Positions 12,735 through 25,526 of a stretch of DNA of 64,000 bases are shown piece after piece. Origin of the DNA: Mobula birostris (lineage: Eukaryota). A program made the position numbers and the translations under genes. A model generated the notes under the pieces. It was not told the origin of the DNA, did not search any database, and saw only the letters and a list, made by a program, of their open reading frames with translations. The DNA lies in contig NC_092392.1 of assembly GCF_030028105.1 (NCBI RefSeq), positions 46,795,628 through 46,859,627 on the forward strand, read 5' to 3'. Each line of letters begins with the position of its first letter. Position 1 is the first letter of the stretch.

Positions 12735-13849
12735 AAATGTGTATTCCATTTCAGCAATCCAGTCCTATAAAAATCAATGGACTAAATCTTGGAATTACAA
12801 TGACAGCACTAACTACAAGTACATCTAGGGGCTTGTGAATTACAGAAGTTTATTTGGCCCATCAGAACATTTTAATATAAATGACCGGGCATGAAGGGCT
12901 TGCTCCAGAAAGTCAAGCCAATCAGCCATTCCCTCAATTCCAAATATCCTCCTGGTTGACTGGAGCATCAAGGGACCAATGAATCACGACTGCCTCCCAC
13001 ATAACATGCATTTATGTGGATGAAATTGGACACAGTGATTCAGCATTAATTAAGTCCCCTTTGGTTGAATGAATATCATGGGCCAGAGAAGGAGCACCAA
13101 TGGCCACCTGAGGACAACCTAAAGCTTCAAGTACTCATGAAGGCCCCCAATCTACCAAAAATTAAAAGGTCTGCTCATTCAACTGTCTCTCCCATGTGAA
13201 TAACTATGCCCTGTTACATTAGTCTGCTTGAAAAATAGTGATTAATTAATTAGTTCATTTGAAACTGTGCACAAGCTGCTCGAACCGGTTAGTTCTCTCT
13301 GGAATTTCCATAGCACTGGCTAATTAGGTGGACTAATGACGTTATAAACTACAGCGAATGTTGCTCTCTTCCTTCAGAAAGTTTACATCTCTTCATGTAA
13401 AATGGTACAAAACATTTTCAGACCCTCAGGAAAGAAGCAGAACCAAACAGCGCAAGTGCTCAGAGATTGCCAACCAGGTTTTCAGGTCTGTACACATTTG
13501 GACTGCTCGTGGTTTCTGCATCTCTGCCTTCCAAGTCCAAAAGCCCAGTCTCTGCTATTCATTCATTGCTTCTTGCTAAGAGGAAGCCTCACTGAAAACC
13601 TGCACTGTGCTAGAGAAATGATCAAAGGTAAATATTAAAGGTACTTTATAAATAAAGTGAAAATCCAAACTGAAAAGAGCCAATACAAAACAGGTCATAA
13701 ACAACAATCACTGCGGATCCTGGTTACCACAATAATAACATAGTAGTAATGGTTACAAGACAAGATCACAAGACAAAGGAGCAGAAGTAGGCTATTCAGC
13801 CCATGGAGTCTACTCTGCAGCGCCCTCATGAGCTAAACTATTCACCCAT

Positions 13850-16700
13850 CTAGTTCCAATTTCCGGCTTTTTCCCCATATCCCTTGAAACCCTGACTAAT
13901 TAGATACCTGTCAATCTCCTCCTTAAACACCCTCAATGATCGGGCCTCCACAGCTGTATATGGCAACGAATTCCACAAATCCACGAATCTCTGGCTAAAA
14001 AAATTTCTCCTCATCTCTGTTTTAACTGGGTACCCTCTAATTCTAAGACTATGGCCTCTTGTCCTGGACTCACCCACCAAGGGAAACAACCTTTCCACAT
14101 CTACTCTGTCCAACCCTTTCAACATTCGAAATGTTTCTATGAGATCCCCTCTCATTCTTCTATACTCTAATGAATACAGTCCAAGAGCCGACAGACGCTT
14201 CTCATATGTTAGCCCCTGCATTCCAGGAATCATCCTCGTAAATCTTCTCTGAACTCTCTCCAACATCAGTACATCCTTTCTAAGATAGGGGGCCCAAAAC
14301 TGCACACAGTATTCCAAATGAGGTCTCACTAATGCCCCATAGAGCCTCATCAACACCTCCTTACTCTTATACACTATTCCTCTTGAAATGAATGCCAACA
14401 TAGCATTACTACCAATCCAGCTTGGTGGTTAACCTTTAGGGTATCCTGCACGAGGACCCCCAAGTCCCTTTGCACTTCCGATTTTTGAGTTTTCTCCCCA
14501 TCTAAATAATAATCTGCCCGATTATTTCTTCTTCCAAAATGTACAACCATACATTTTTCAACGTTGTATCTCATCTGCCATTTCTTTGCCCACTCTCCTA
14601 AACTGACTAAGTCTCTCTGCAACCTTTCCGTTTCTTCAACATTTCCTGCTCCTCCACCTATCTTGGTGTCATCCGCAAATTTAGCCACAAAACCATTTAA
14701 TCCATAATCCAAATCATCAATATACATCGTAAAAAGAAGCCGCCCCAACACCAACCCCTGCGGAACATCACTGGTAACCGACAACCAATCAGAATAGGAT
14801 CCCTTTATTCCCACCCTTTGCTTTCTGCCTATCAGCCAATTCTGCACCCATTTCAATATCTTTCCTACAATTCCATGGGCTCTCATCTTATTAAGCAGCC
14901 TCATATGCAGCACCTTATCGAAGGCCTTTTGAAAATCCAAATACACAACATCCACAGCCTCTTCCTTGTCAATCTTATTCGAGATTACCTCAAAAAATTC
15001 CAATAGGTTGGTGAGGCAGGATCTTCCCTTCATGAAACCACACTGCCTTCGGCCTATCTTGTCATGCATCTCAAGGTATTTCATAACCTCGTCTTTGAGG
15101 ATTGACTCCAATATCTTTCCAACTACCGATGTCACACTAATAGGTCTGTAATTTTCTTTTTGCTGTCTCCTTCCTTTTTTAAATAGCGGAACTACATTTG
15201 TGACCTTCCAGTCCTCCAGAACCATGCCAGAGTCTATTGATTCCTGGAAGATCATTTCCAATGCTTCCACAATCTCCAAAGCCACCTCCTTCATAACCCT
15301 TGGGTGCACCTCATCCGGACCGGGAGACTTATCTATTCTTAGTCCACTCAGCTTCCCAAGCACTTTCTCTCTAGTAATCTTGACTGTACCTAATTCTATT
15401 CCCTGATACCTCTGGTTATCAAGTATATTGCTCATGTCTTCCACTGTGAAGACTGATGCAAAATACTCATTCAGTTCCTCCGCCATCTCTTTGTTATCCA
15501 TTATAATTTCTCCAGCATCATTTTCAATCGGTCCCACATCTACCCTTGTCACTCTTTTACTCTTCATATATTTAAAAAAACTCTTAGTATCCTTTTTTAT
15601 GTTAATCACCAACTTCCTTTCATAATTCATCTTTTCTTTCCAAATGACTTTCTTAGCTTCCTTCTGTAAGTTTTTAAGTCTTCCAGTCCTCATTTTTCCC
15701 ACTAATTTTTGCTTCCTTGTACACCGTTTCTTTTGCTTTTATTTTTGCCTTAACCTCTCTCGTTAGCCACATTTGTGCCATTTTTCCATTCATGATTTTC
15801 TTTTTTCTTGGAATATATTTTTCCTGCATTTTCCTTATTTCTTGTAGGAATTTCATCCAATTCTGCTCTGCCATCCCTCCATTTAGCTTACTTTTCCAAT
15901 CGACTTGGGCCAGTTCCTCTCTCATACCACTGTAATTTCCCCTGTTCCACTGAAATATCGATACACCTGATACCAGCTTCTCCTTTTCAAATTTGAAACT
16001 GAACTCAATCATATTATGATCATTACTTCCAAGGGGTTCCTTTACCTCCAGCTCCCTAATCGCCTCAGGTTCGTTACACAGCACCCAATCCAAAACAGCC
16101 GGTCCCCTGGTGGGATTCTGGACAAGCTGCTCCAAAAAGCCATCCTGTAGGCATTCTACAAACTCCCTCTCCTGAGATCCATTACCTTTCCGACTTTCCC
16201 AATCCACTTTCATATTAAAATCCCCGATAATTACCTTGACATTTTCCTTCTGACATGCTTCTTCTATTTCCAACTGCTACTTGTAGTCCACATCCTGGCT
16301 GCTGTTTGGAGACCTGTATATAACTGCTATTAGTGTCTTTTTACCCTTGCCATTTCTTAATTCTACCCATAAGGATTCTACCTCTTCTGATCCTATGTCC
16401 CTTCTTTCTATTGATTTGATATCGTTACTTACAATCAGGGCCATGCCACCCCCTTTACCTACCTTCGTATCCTTCCTGTACACTGTGTATCCTTGGATAT
16501 TCAGCTCCCAACCACATCCATCATTTAGCTATGACTCGGTGATGGCCACAATGTCATATCTTTTAACCTGCAGCTGTGCAGCAAGGTCATCCACTTTATT
16601 TCTAATGCCGTGTGCATTTAAGTACAGTACATTTAGATCAGTATCTGTTGCCAATTTTGCTATATTTCTATTTTGCAGCAAATTATCCTGTATATTCACC
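13850..16700 (-). pseudogene. CR1 ORF2 (APE endonuclease + reverse transcriptase), disrupted
   Basis: LYLNAHGIRNK, IIGDFN, LGSNDHN, YLDFQKAFDKV, PQG.VLG, KFADDTK and RPHLEYCVQFWAP motifs, split over ORFs 16277-16483, 15674-16273, 14374-15702 and 13850-14401. Confidence 0.93.
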
Positions 16701-16805
16701 GGCCTGTCCTTCTTGCCATCTTTGCTGCACAGTATTTTTGACTTATTTCTATTTTCCTCTTCCTCGACCCTAACACCTTGGCTTCCTTCCCCTTGCCAAC
16801 TTGGT

Positions 16806-17657
16806 TTAAACCTCCCTAACAGCTATATTAAAGAATCCCGCCAGGATATTAGTACCTTTTGAGTTCAGGTGTAATCCATCTTTTTTGTATAAGTCATACC
16901 TTCCCCAAAATAGATCCCAATGATTCAAGAATTTGAAGCCCTGCCCCCTGCACCAGTTACTTAGCCACACATTCATCTGCTTAATTCTGCTATTTTTACC
17001 ATCATTAGCGCGCAGCTCAGGCAGCAATCCTGATATTATTACTCTGGAAGTCCGTCTTTTCAATTGTCTTCCTAGCTCCCAGTAATCTTTCTTCAGGACC
17101 TCCTCTCTTTTTCTGTCTATGTCATTGGTACCAACATGTACCAAGGCTTCCGGCTGCTCGCCCTCTCTCCTCAGAATACTCTGGACTCGATCTGAGACAT
17201 CCTGTACCTGGGCACCAGGGAGGCAACACACCATCTGGGTATCCTTGTCCGGCTCGCAGAATCTCTTGTCCGTCCCCCTTACGATGGAATCCCCTATAAT
17301 TACCGCATTTCTTCTTGCTCTCTTGATTTCCGCACTGGGCAGAATGCCAGAGTCTCGTTCACTGTGGTCCTCTTCTGTCAGGTCTGCCTCTTCAACAGTA
17401 TCCAAAACGATATATCGATTTCTGAGGGGGACTGTCACAGGGGTGCTATCCACTACCTCTCTATAGGTAGTATCTAACACCTCCTCACTTTCCCTAATTA
17501 GCCGAAGGTCATCAATTTCCATCTCCAGCTCCTTAACACGGTCCTACAGGAGCCTCATCTCAGTGCACTTGGTGCAGATATAATCCTTGGGGAGGCTGGG
17601 AGTCTCCCAGGGTCACCACATCTGGCACTCCAAGCACAACACTAATCCTAGATGCAT
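16806..17657 (-). pseudogene. CR1 ORF1 (CxxC..CxxC zinc finger/leucine zipper + SGNH esterase-like domain)
   Basis: CLECQMW*..YICTKC followed by a coiled coil, then IIGDSIVRG, HVGTND and DGLHLN esterase motifs; two in-frame stops in the N-terminal part. Confidence 0.88.
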
Positions 17658-17842
17658 ACCTCTAATGCTACTGTTTGTACTAAACACCAAAAAACTGAAA
17701 CTTACTCCATTACTATGAGACTCGACGGTCGCAGGAAGCCTCTTTTCGTCTCCGCCGAAGCCCGTTGAGCCAAAGCCCTTTCACTCTGCACCCTCTCACT
17801 CCGCAGCCCTCTCCGACGCTGCCCGCTGGATATGGCGGTTTT

Positions 17843-18132
17843 CTTTTTAAACTGTTCGTGCTCAACTGGCTGATGTCACGCGCCTGTGCAGTCTGGCCTC
17901 TCTCCTACTCCGAGAAATAAAATGTCTTCTCGCTGGAAATCCTTAGCCTCTTACCACTGTCTTCTTGATCCGAAGAGAAAAAGTTTGCGACTTCCTTCCT
18001 CTTTTTAAACTGTTCGCGCTCAACTGGCTGACGTCAGGTGCCTGCGCAGTCTGGCCCCTCTCCTACTCCGAGAAATAAAATGTCTTCTCGTTGGAAATCC
18101 TTAGCCTCTTACCACTGTCTTCTTGATCCGAA
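17843..18132. repeat. Tandem duplication in the CR1 5' UTR (132-bp unit, 158-bp period)
   Basis: ctttttaaactgttcg...cttcttgatccgaa at 17843-17974 and 18001-18132. Confidence 0.9.
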
Positions 18133-18354
18133 TAATATTGTTTAATATAATATAATAATATTGTTTGTGTAGGGTGGGAATCACAAAAATTGCTCATGTC
18201 AATGTAGGTTCAATCTTTCAGACTCAGAATCTAAAACTATATCTATGTACCCATAACCAAGTTCTAAACAGTCATTGTTTAAAATCATTACCCAAAGATG
18301 GCTTGCCTCTATAAGTAGAACAACTCCAACTGAGTCAATGTTCTCTGATCAATA

Positions 18355-18605
18355 TTTGCTCTTCACCTCCTTCTGGTGCCTGTCCTCCTTCCCTTTCTCC
18401 CATGGACCACTGCCATCTCCTATCAGATTCCTTCTTCTTCAGCCCTTTGTCCCTTGTCCACCTATCACCTCCCAGCTTCTACTTCAACTACCCCACAACC
18501 TCCCACCCACCTTCCCCCTCATAGGTTTCACCAATTGCTTGCCAGCTTGTCCTCCTTCTCCTCCATCCACCTTCCTATTCGGGCTTCTCCCTTTCTTTTT
18601 CCCCC
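18355..18605 (+). mobile_element. Penelope 3' UTR fragment
   Basis: ctcctatcagattccttcttcttcagccctt..cctatcacctcccagctt, as in 6900-7110. Confidence 0.7.
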
Positions 18606-18609
18606 TTTA

Positions 18610-19325
18610 GTGTTTTAAACGTCTTTTTTTATGATCGCAAGATCATAATGCTGTACGTTAAGAACTTCAAGTACTGCAAGTCTACCCCATTAGCAAGTTG
18701 CTCATTGGCAGAGGAGCTGGACTGGTGCGGACCGTGTTGTTGGCTGCTACTCAAAGGCATCGGGGTTGGTGCATGAAGGTGGTGTGCAGTCTCACAGCGG
18801 ATGATTGTCTCAGGTAGCTCTCTTGTGATTGCAAGACCCTGTTGGACATTAGTGATGTAGAATACAGCAAGTCTGGTTCACTGGTTTATTGAAAAGACCA
18901 ATGGCGGGGGAGCTGCGTAGGCTCACTTATAGTGTGGACTGGACCTCATGCCATGGGGTCTCCTGTTGTAGCCACCCAGGAAAGGATATGTCAGAGGCGG
19001 TGTGCGGCGGCGTCCATACTGTGTTGGGGGCTGTCCCCTTCCATTGGTGCTTCCCTCCAGTGTTCGTTCGCTGGAAGACAAGCTGGGTTGTGTTCATCTG
19101 CAGAGTGCTGTGGGCCCTTTGTTGCTGACAACATCTATGTAGCATCAAACTACAGGAAATGACTCTCAGCGGCTTGAGCTAGATTAAATTTTTCTGTGTG
19201 ACTGTACACTCACTACTATTTTATGTGTGCTACATATGTTTGTGTTGTGTAATGTATGACTGTTGGCACAGTGCTTTGCACCTTGGCCCAGAGGAACACA
19301 GTGTCAATTGGTTGTTTATACATAT
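18610..19325 (+). mobile_element. Probable non-autonomous LINE-derived element
   Basis: The 3' part (gcaccttggcccagaggaacac..ttggttgtttata) resembles the tail at 11050-11100; the GC-richer body has no credible ORF. Confidence 0.4.
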
Positions 19326-19689
19326 ATAAAACATACATAAAGAGAGTATCAGCTATTCCCTCACACAATTCATGTTACTATTAGGCTCTCCTCTCTCAAA
19401 TTCCTGTGGGTGGGAGTGATGGACTGAGTGGTCTGTTTTTCTGTAAATTTAAATTTAGTAGTTAAATAAATCTTGCTACTGAAGCAGACAGGGACTGAGT
19501 TTTCTGAAATAAATTGTTCACCTAATAGTTTATATCTTTCCAATATATGCAATGGAGATGAAATGTTTGAATGCTCTGTACTTGATTAAGTGTATCTTCA
19601 ACATCACTTAAAGAGGTCAACCCTGTGAGTATGGTACTGTTGGTTAACTTACTGGACTAGTAACCTAGGCTTTATCATTGAGGTCCCCC

Positions 19690-19791
19690 ATAATCCATCA
19701 TTAAGTACCCTCATCACCCAGCCCATGCCCTCTTCTCACTGCTACCATAAGGGAGGAAGTGCAGGGGCCTGAAGACACACACACGCACGCG

Positions 19792-19831
<40 letters not shown>

Positions 19832-19922
19832 GTTTTCAGAACAGCTTTTTCTCCTCTACCTTCAGATTTCTGAATGGACAATAAACCATCAACCCATGAA
19901 CACCACCTCAGTATTTTTGCAC
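19690..19922 (+). mobile_element. Rex1/Babar-type 3' end with an expanded (CA)n microsatellite
   Basis: catcacccagcccatgccctcttctcactgctacca..gaagacacac(ac)n..aacagctt..ttctgaatggac. Confidence 0.75.
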
Positions 19923-19924
19923 AT

Positions 19925-20787
19925 ATTGCTAATGAAAAAAAGCATACCTTTGCCCGTGAAGACTTTGCAAATTGCCACTTAAATGATATTGTGAAGATGC
20001 GGAAGGTCTTGTGGTCAGATGAGACTAAAGTGAAAAATTTTGGCCTCACCACTAAGCGGTACATATAGCGTAAATTTAATACTGTGCATCAGCCAGATAA
20101 CAGCGTTCCTACTGTAAGGTATGGTGGAGCTGGCTTCATGCTGTGGGGATGCTTTTCAGAAGAAGGGACTGGAAATCTAGTCAGGATTGATGGGAAGATG
20201 AATGCTGCTAAGTACACAGAGAGATCCTAGATAAAACCTTCTAGCCTGTGCCAGAAAAGTTAAGCTGGGAGGAAGTTCATCTTTCAGCAGGACAACAACC
20301 CAAAGCGCACTGCCAGAACAACCATGGATGGCTTCAAATGAAGAAAATTGATGAACTTGCATGGCCAGTCAGAGTCCTGAGCTTAACCTGATTGATAATC
20401 TCTGTGAAGACCTCAAGATTGTTGTCCATCACCGCTCCCCAAATAACCAGGCACAGCATGAGCAAGTTTGCAAGGAGGAGTGGGCAAATCTTGTTCCATC
20501 ACTTTGTGCAAAGCTAATAGAGACTTATTCGAAAAGACTACTAGCTGTAATAGCTGCGAAAGGTGGTTCAGCTAAGTACTGAGCAAGGGGGGATGAGTAG
20601 TTTTGAACTGCTGACATTTCAGTTTTTGAATTTTTAGTATTTTATACTTCCCTGTTTTGGGCTTTTACTGTGAAAAATGGAGCATGGAGCATATTCACAG
20701 ACAAAAATTCTGAGTTAAATTGATCAAAATTCCTCGGTCATTTATGTGAACAAAGATTTGGGAGCTGCATACTTTTTCAAGGCACTG
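19925..20787 (+). mobile_element. Tc1 transposon, 3' half of a degenerate transposase plus right IR/DR-type TIR
   Basis: VLWSDETK, V.YGG...MLWGCF, FQQDNNPK, SQSPELNLIDNL and KGGSAKY* motifs; ends ...tttttcaaggcactg. Confidence 0.9.
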
Positions 20788-20820
20788 AATACCTGGATAA
20801 TTACCTCTATTCTCCAAAAG

Positions 20821-21281
20821 AACCACCAGTGTAGTTTGGAGGCTTTTGTGCCTCGATGACCTGGAGAGCTATGTGGCTGGAGTCATGGCCTCACGCTTTG
20901 GCTTTTGGTAGGGTCACCCGTGACAAACAGGCTAAAAGGTAGAGGTCAAGCTAAGGTGGCCCACCAGTCCTCTAGGTTTGAGGGTTCAGCTCAGACAAAA
21001 CTGTTATGGAAACAGCAATGAAGAATCCTTCTACATCTGTGTGAAACTGTATTCCTGAGTCTCCACCCGGACTTGCATGGCTGACAAATGAGAAAACCGA
21101 AAGGAAGCTGCAGGCATGATGAGGGAAGCCCTGAAAACACCATCGAGAACATGGCCAACTTTGGGTTAGGACTCTGAACTACACTTGTGGCATTATAGAG
21201 AAGATGGCCAAGGACGAACAGTGATGGGGGATTTTCACTGCTGCCCTTAAATGCCAGCAGGCTTAACGGGCAGTAAGTAAG
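20821..21281 (+). mobile_element. Non-autonomous RTE (Expander/Rex3-like) bipartite element
   Basis: RTE-like 5' UTR (gagagctatgtggctggag..ggtagggtcacccgtgacaaacagg) joined to an RTE-like 3' end gctgcccttaaatgccagcaggcttaacgggcagtaagtaag. Confidence 0.65.
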
Positions 21282-23422
21282 CAAACAGAAAATGACCTCC
21301 ATGTTTACACAAGAGAATGGGAGAGCTGGGTGAAAGAGCAGTGGTAATATATTAGGTGGAAAGGGTGCTGTTACTGGGTGCAGTGGTAACAGACTGGAAA
21401 GCTTGGAGGTGCCAAGGTTCTATCTTATGAAAATGTAATTCACTTTTTAAAATTCTATGCCTGTGCACATATATGTGCGTATGTCTGCATGTATATCTAC
21501 GTTAAATTTCAACAATTAAATGTTACAAACAGAAGGAATCAGACATTTATTTGTAGGAGTGGTATGTGTGCCCTTCACATCCTGCTGACCCATCAGGACG
21601 CTCAAATGAATACTTGCCTTCAAGAGCCAGCTGCATCCCCTCCAGGCTCTGGAAATCTCACTACCAGCTGTTAATTTAAACTTAAGTTGCCAATTGCACA
21701 ACAGGAATCTGGCACAAATGTTATAATGAAGTCTTTCACAATCCAGAATGGGACAACCCATCACTAAAAATATCTTTGCACATTCTTCGTTTTTAACTCC
21801 AACTTGTGCGACATTGTTATCAGCCAACATTTGTTTCCGTCTTTCAGTGCACAGAGATCATTGTAATTAATGTACTGTATTTCTTCAAGGACAAACCTTA
21901 CTTTGCTTATTCCTAATAATTAATCTATTGTCAGCCATCAATGCATTATGATGATGAATTGTGTGCATGTTCTTGGTTTGAGACATTGCCAAGCTAAAGT
22001 TAAGTATGGCAGCCAGAAAGGACCACAAATCATCTCAATGTTTAGGATCAAATAAAAAGTACAAAAGGTTTTTCACTTTTTTTAACAAGATGAATTCAAT
22101 TACAAGTCGTGAATCTCATTAGCTAGACCAGCAGCCAATATCCATCCTTAAATGCCTCTGAACAGAGTGATTCATTGAGCTTAGAGTGTAGATGGGGTTG
22201 CCAGCAGCTCTGCCTGATAATCAGGCCTAATAAAGCTCTGTTAAAGGACTATATGAATGTGAAGCAGGAAATGGACAGAGCTGAACAATCTCACTATGTG
22301 CAACAGAGTCAAACAGCACAGAAACAGGCCCACCACATCAATGCCAACCATTTTGCCCATCTATTCTAATGCTATATGCCTATGCAAGATTCACACCCTT
22401 TATGCCTTGCCTTTACAAGTGACTGTCTAAATGTCTCAAAAAGATAATACTGTCCTCTCCTGCAGCAAAAGTTTCTGATATCAACCAAACTAAAAAAAAT
22501 CTGAAACAAAGGTAAAAAAGCAAGCTGAAAACGCTCATCAGGTCAGGCAGCAAATGCACAGAGTAACCGCTTCAGATTCGAGACAGGGAACATGCTTATC
22601 TTTTCGCTGATCTTGCCTGAGTTACGGAGTATTTCCATTTATCTTTCTACTTCTGTATTCCTTTAAATAGTGCAGGTACAAAGTCTAATCCCACCCTCCA
22701 GGCTTGATTTCTACATGTAGGTCACTCTGGTGTTGATTGGATTGAATAGAGGTGAATTAAGAACACAACAGGGTATTAAATTTGTATTGCACACAGAACA
22801 AGAACAGCTCTACACATAGGTCAAGCAAGGAAAAACGCAACTTAATCATGTCATTGCTTACACTTCATGATCAATTTTACGGGTCAGTATAGTGCTTAGA
22901 AGTATGCACTATACAACTGATCTTTTCACCCACTGCTTATGTACGAAACCTTATCTGTTCAATAACAGAGGACAGATAAATTGACCTTTCCCTTAGCTGA
23001 GCCCATGTGAAAATTTCCCCTTGTCACCAGTGAAATTGTTTATATATCATTTTGCTGTTTGTGAATGGAAAATATTTAGTATTTAAATGGAGAATAAAAA
23101 GATCTGCCACCCATAACCCGCCTCACCATTGTGCAACACTGGGCCCACTAATGTGGGCAACTCTAACTTCCATCTTGGAGACTTTGAGGATGGATTTCAA
23201 ATGTAGTAACTTGTGAACAAGCAGCATACAGAAGATCCAGACAACGATTTTCATTAAAAGGAACAGACCCTCAATAATTGATGATCGTTCTTGGGGATGT
23301 GAGTGAACAAATGGATTATTTGACTCTGAATATGAGAAACAAATTTAATGGGGTATTATAGATTGAGATTATCAGATGCAGCTTCAGATTCAGATTTATT
23401 TATCACAAGTAGATAGAAGCAT

Positions 23423-23778
23423 TGTTACGCTATGCACCAGCCTCTGGGTTTGAATATTTGGAGTATGGATACCAACGCAGTCACTTAAAGATTCTGGCTT
23501 GCTTCGCTAATTGGCGGCCATGTTTTGATGCCAAGATTTGGATACTTAATGAGCATTTGAACTCAGGTTCAGTGCTCAATCATCAGCTCAACATTGATTC
23601 AGTCTGTGATCGTGGGATTCTGTCTCGTTCAGATTCGTGGCTAGTCTCGTCAGGTTCTCATTTAGCATCTAGTCAAGAAACCTGTTCCTGTCTCAGTTTT
23701 GAAATCATGTGTTTGTACTAGTCTCAGATATTCCAGCACTTGGGTCCTCACAATCCCTTGCCGAGGCCTCTTGTCACA
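23423..23778 (-). mobile_element. Solo LTR (356 bp) with 5-bp TSD
   Basis: TG...CA termini (tgttac...gtcaca); TSD agcat at 23418-23422 and 23779-23783; interrupts a LINE tail. Confidence 0.8.
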
Positions 23779-24459
23779 AGCATACTGTGAAATATATCAT
23801 TACATTAATACACCTAAGTATGTGCTGGGGACAGCCTGCAATGTGATGTTACAGAAGTTCCTGACAGCAGAAATAGAGAAATTATTTCCACCAGTGAAAA
23901 GAATGAATATCATGGGACTCATATTTTAAATAACTCTCAAAAGAACCAGGTTGGATTTGTGTAACAAATTGTTATTGTGCAGACAAGCTGCAAAAGCATT
24001 TTGACAATAACTTTCAAAGAATTGAATATATAATTGCAACAAATTTTAAGAGCTACTGGGGAAGACTGTGGATTGGGACTGATCCTGTAATTGTACAAGA
24101 TTTGTTGAAGCAGGTAATCTTTTTATGTCTCTTTATCCCATCAAAATACTGAGATGCAACTTATAAATTAATGTCTCTGCTGTTTGTTTCTGCACAGGAA
24201 GCTTGGCTTAACTTAATGAATAGTTACTTAAAATCAGCTATGAAAAATAACATCTGTTTAAACATAAATGGATGACTGGTTTACTGAAACAGAGATGCAG
24301 AGAATTAGAAAGAGATTTATTTAACATTCCTGCATATTACCCTGGAGTAGAAATTTGAAGACCTTTCTAATTATAGAGTTCCATGTTTTATTTTCTATTT
24401 TTAATTGACTACAAAAGTTTATCTGAGATTTAGGAAAGAATTTTGTAATAAGTAGGATT

Positions 24460-24572
24460 GAGCCTGAGGAACGGTCTCAGCCCAAAACATTGACTGTTCA
24501 TTCATTTCCGTAGGTGCTGCCTGAGCTGCCGAGTTCCTCCAGCATTTTGTGCGTGTTGCTCTAAAATTCTAG
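24460..24572 (+). mobile_element. Penelope terminal fragment with a degenerate hammerhead motif
   Basis: ctgaggaacggtctcagcccaaaacattgactg..gctgcctgagctgccgagttcctccagcattttg. Confidence 0.7.
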
Positions 24573-25199
24573 GAATATGAACGGAGTCTTAAAACAAAAT
24601 CCAATCCAATTGTCCAAGGGCTATCAAAATCAAAAAGCACTTTATATTGCACTCACTTGCATATTAGCTCATTGCACACAAAAAGATACTGACGCCAGTA
24701 CAAATTAAAAAATGCCAAAGCGTTTACTTGTTACACAAGTTTAAATACAAAGAAACTGGAATTAGTTGTCCCAGTTTGGCATTATATGTTCAAAATAAAA
24801 TTAGTAGTTTAGTCCATCAGATTACTTTTGGTGAGTCTGTGATTAACTGTCCCATTAACAAAATGTAGGCGAGAATTTGCTGATAGAACAGAAGACTTCT
24901 GTAGCATACAGTACATTCAGTGATCTGCGGGATTTCTAATGTATGACAGATGGATTGCTTTCCAATAGGCTGCTGTGCCTATAGCTCAAGTTCTGGATAT
25001 TACTGCACAAACATCTTTGCCCATGGCCCACCTTTATTTTTTTTAAACCTCTGTTAAGGTACGGTGAGGGCACGACACCTAAATTGTTGGGTAAATAACC
25101 CAGAAGCCTGTACCAATAATCCAGAGACTGAAGTTCAAATTCCAAACTCGGATTTAAGGTTTAATAAATTTCTTATCAGAGGACAATTCATATTCTCAC

Positions 25200-25526
25200 C
25201 GTTTTGTCTTTCTCTATCTCTAGTCCGCTCTCCATGAGGTTCTTCTCAAATTCTTCTCTACGAGCTCTCTTTTCTTCCTCCACAGACCCATGCGGAATGC
25301 CAATCTCCAGCACAACCTCTTGTTGACACTCTTGATGTTCTGCGTGGTCTTTAATTTTGTGCAAAGTTGTTGCAGATCCATTCAGGACAAAAGCTCCTGT
25401 GGACAACGAAGTGACTTTTTTGTTTTGATAAACCAGGACATAGTCTACCTTTCTCTTTCCATCTCTGAAATACAAGCCTTTCTTACAGTCTTGTTTTTCA
25501 TTATCTTCAATGTAGTTGTTAACAAC
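25200..25526 (-). CDS. ANO2: Anoctamin (ANO2/TMEM16B-like Ca2+-activated chloride channel) internal coding exon, N-terminal cytoplasmic region
   Basis: Polypyrimidine tract plus AG acceptor (ttttttctctttccttag|), 327-nt open phase 0-0 exon, donor ACG|GTGAGA. Encodes VVNNYIEDNEKQDCKKGLYFRDGKRKVDYVLVY...EEEKRARREEFEKNLMESGLEIEKDKT. The VxNNY start and REEFExNLMExGLExEKD match ANO2 better than ANO1, from remembered human sequences. Confidence 0.9.

Larger units (their letters stand above)
13755..18132 (-). mobile_element. Near-full-length CR1 LINE (5' UTR, ORF1, ORF2, 3' tail)
   Basis: Contains both ORFs, a short-repeat 3' tail (acaagacaagatcacaagac on +) and a tandemly duplicated 5' UTR. Only a few stops and frameshifts. 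Confidence 0.95.

Noticed and set aside
25188-25475. Treating the 95-aa ORF as a stand-alone gene
   Set aside because: It is an internal exon; the true limits are the splice sites at 25526 and 25200.
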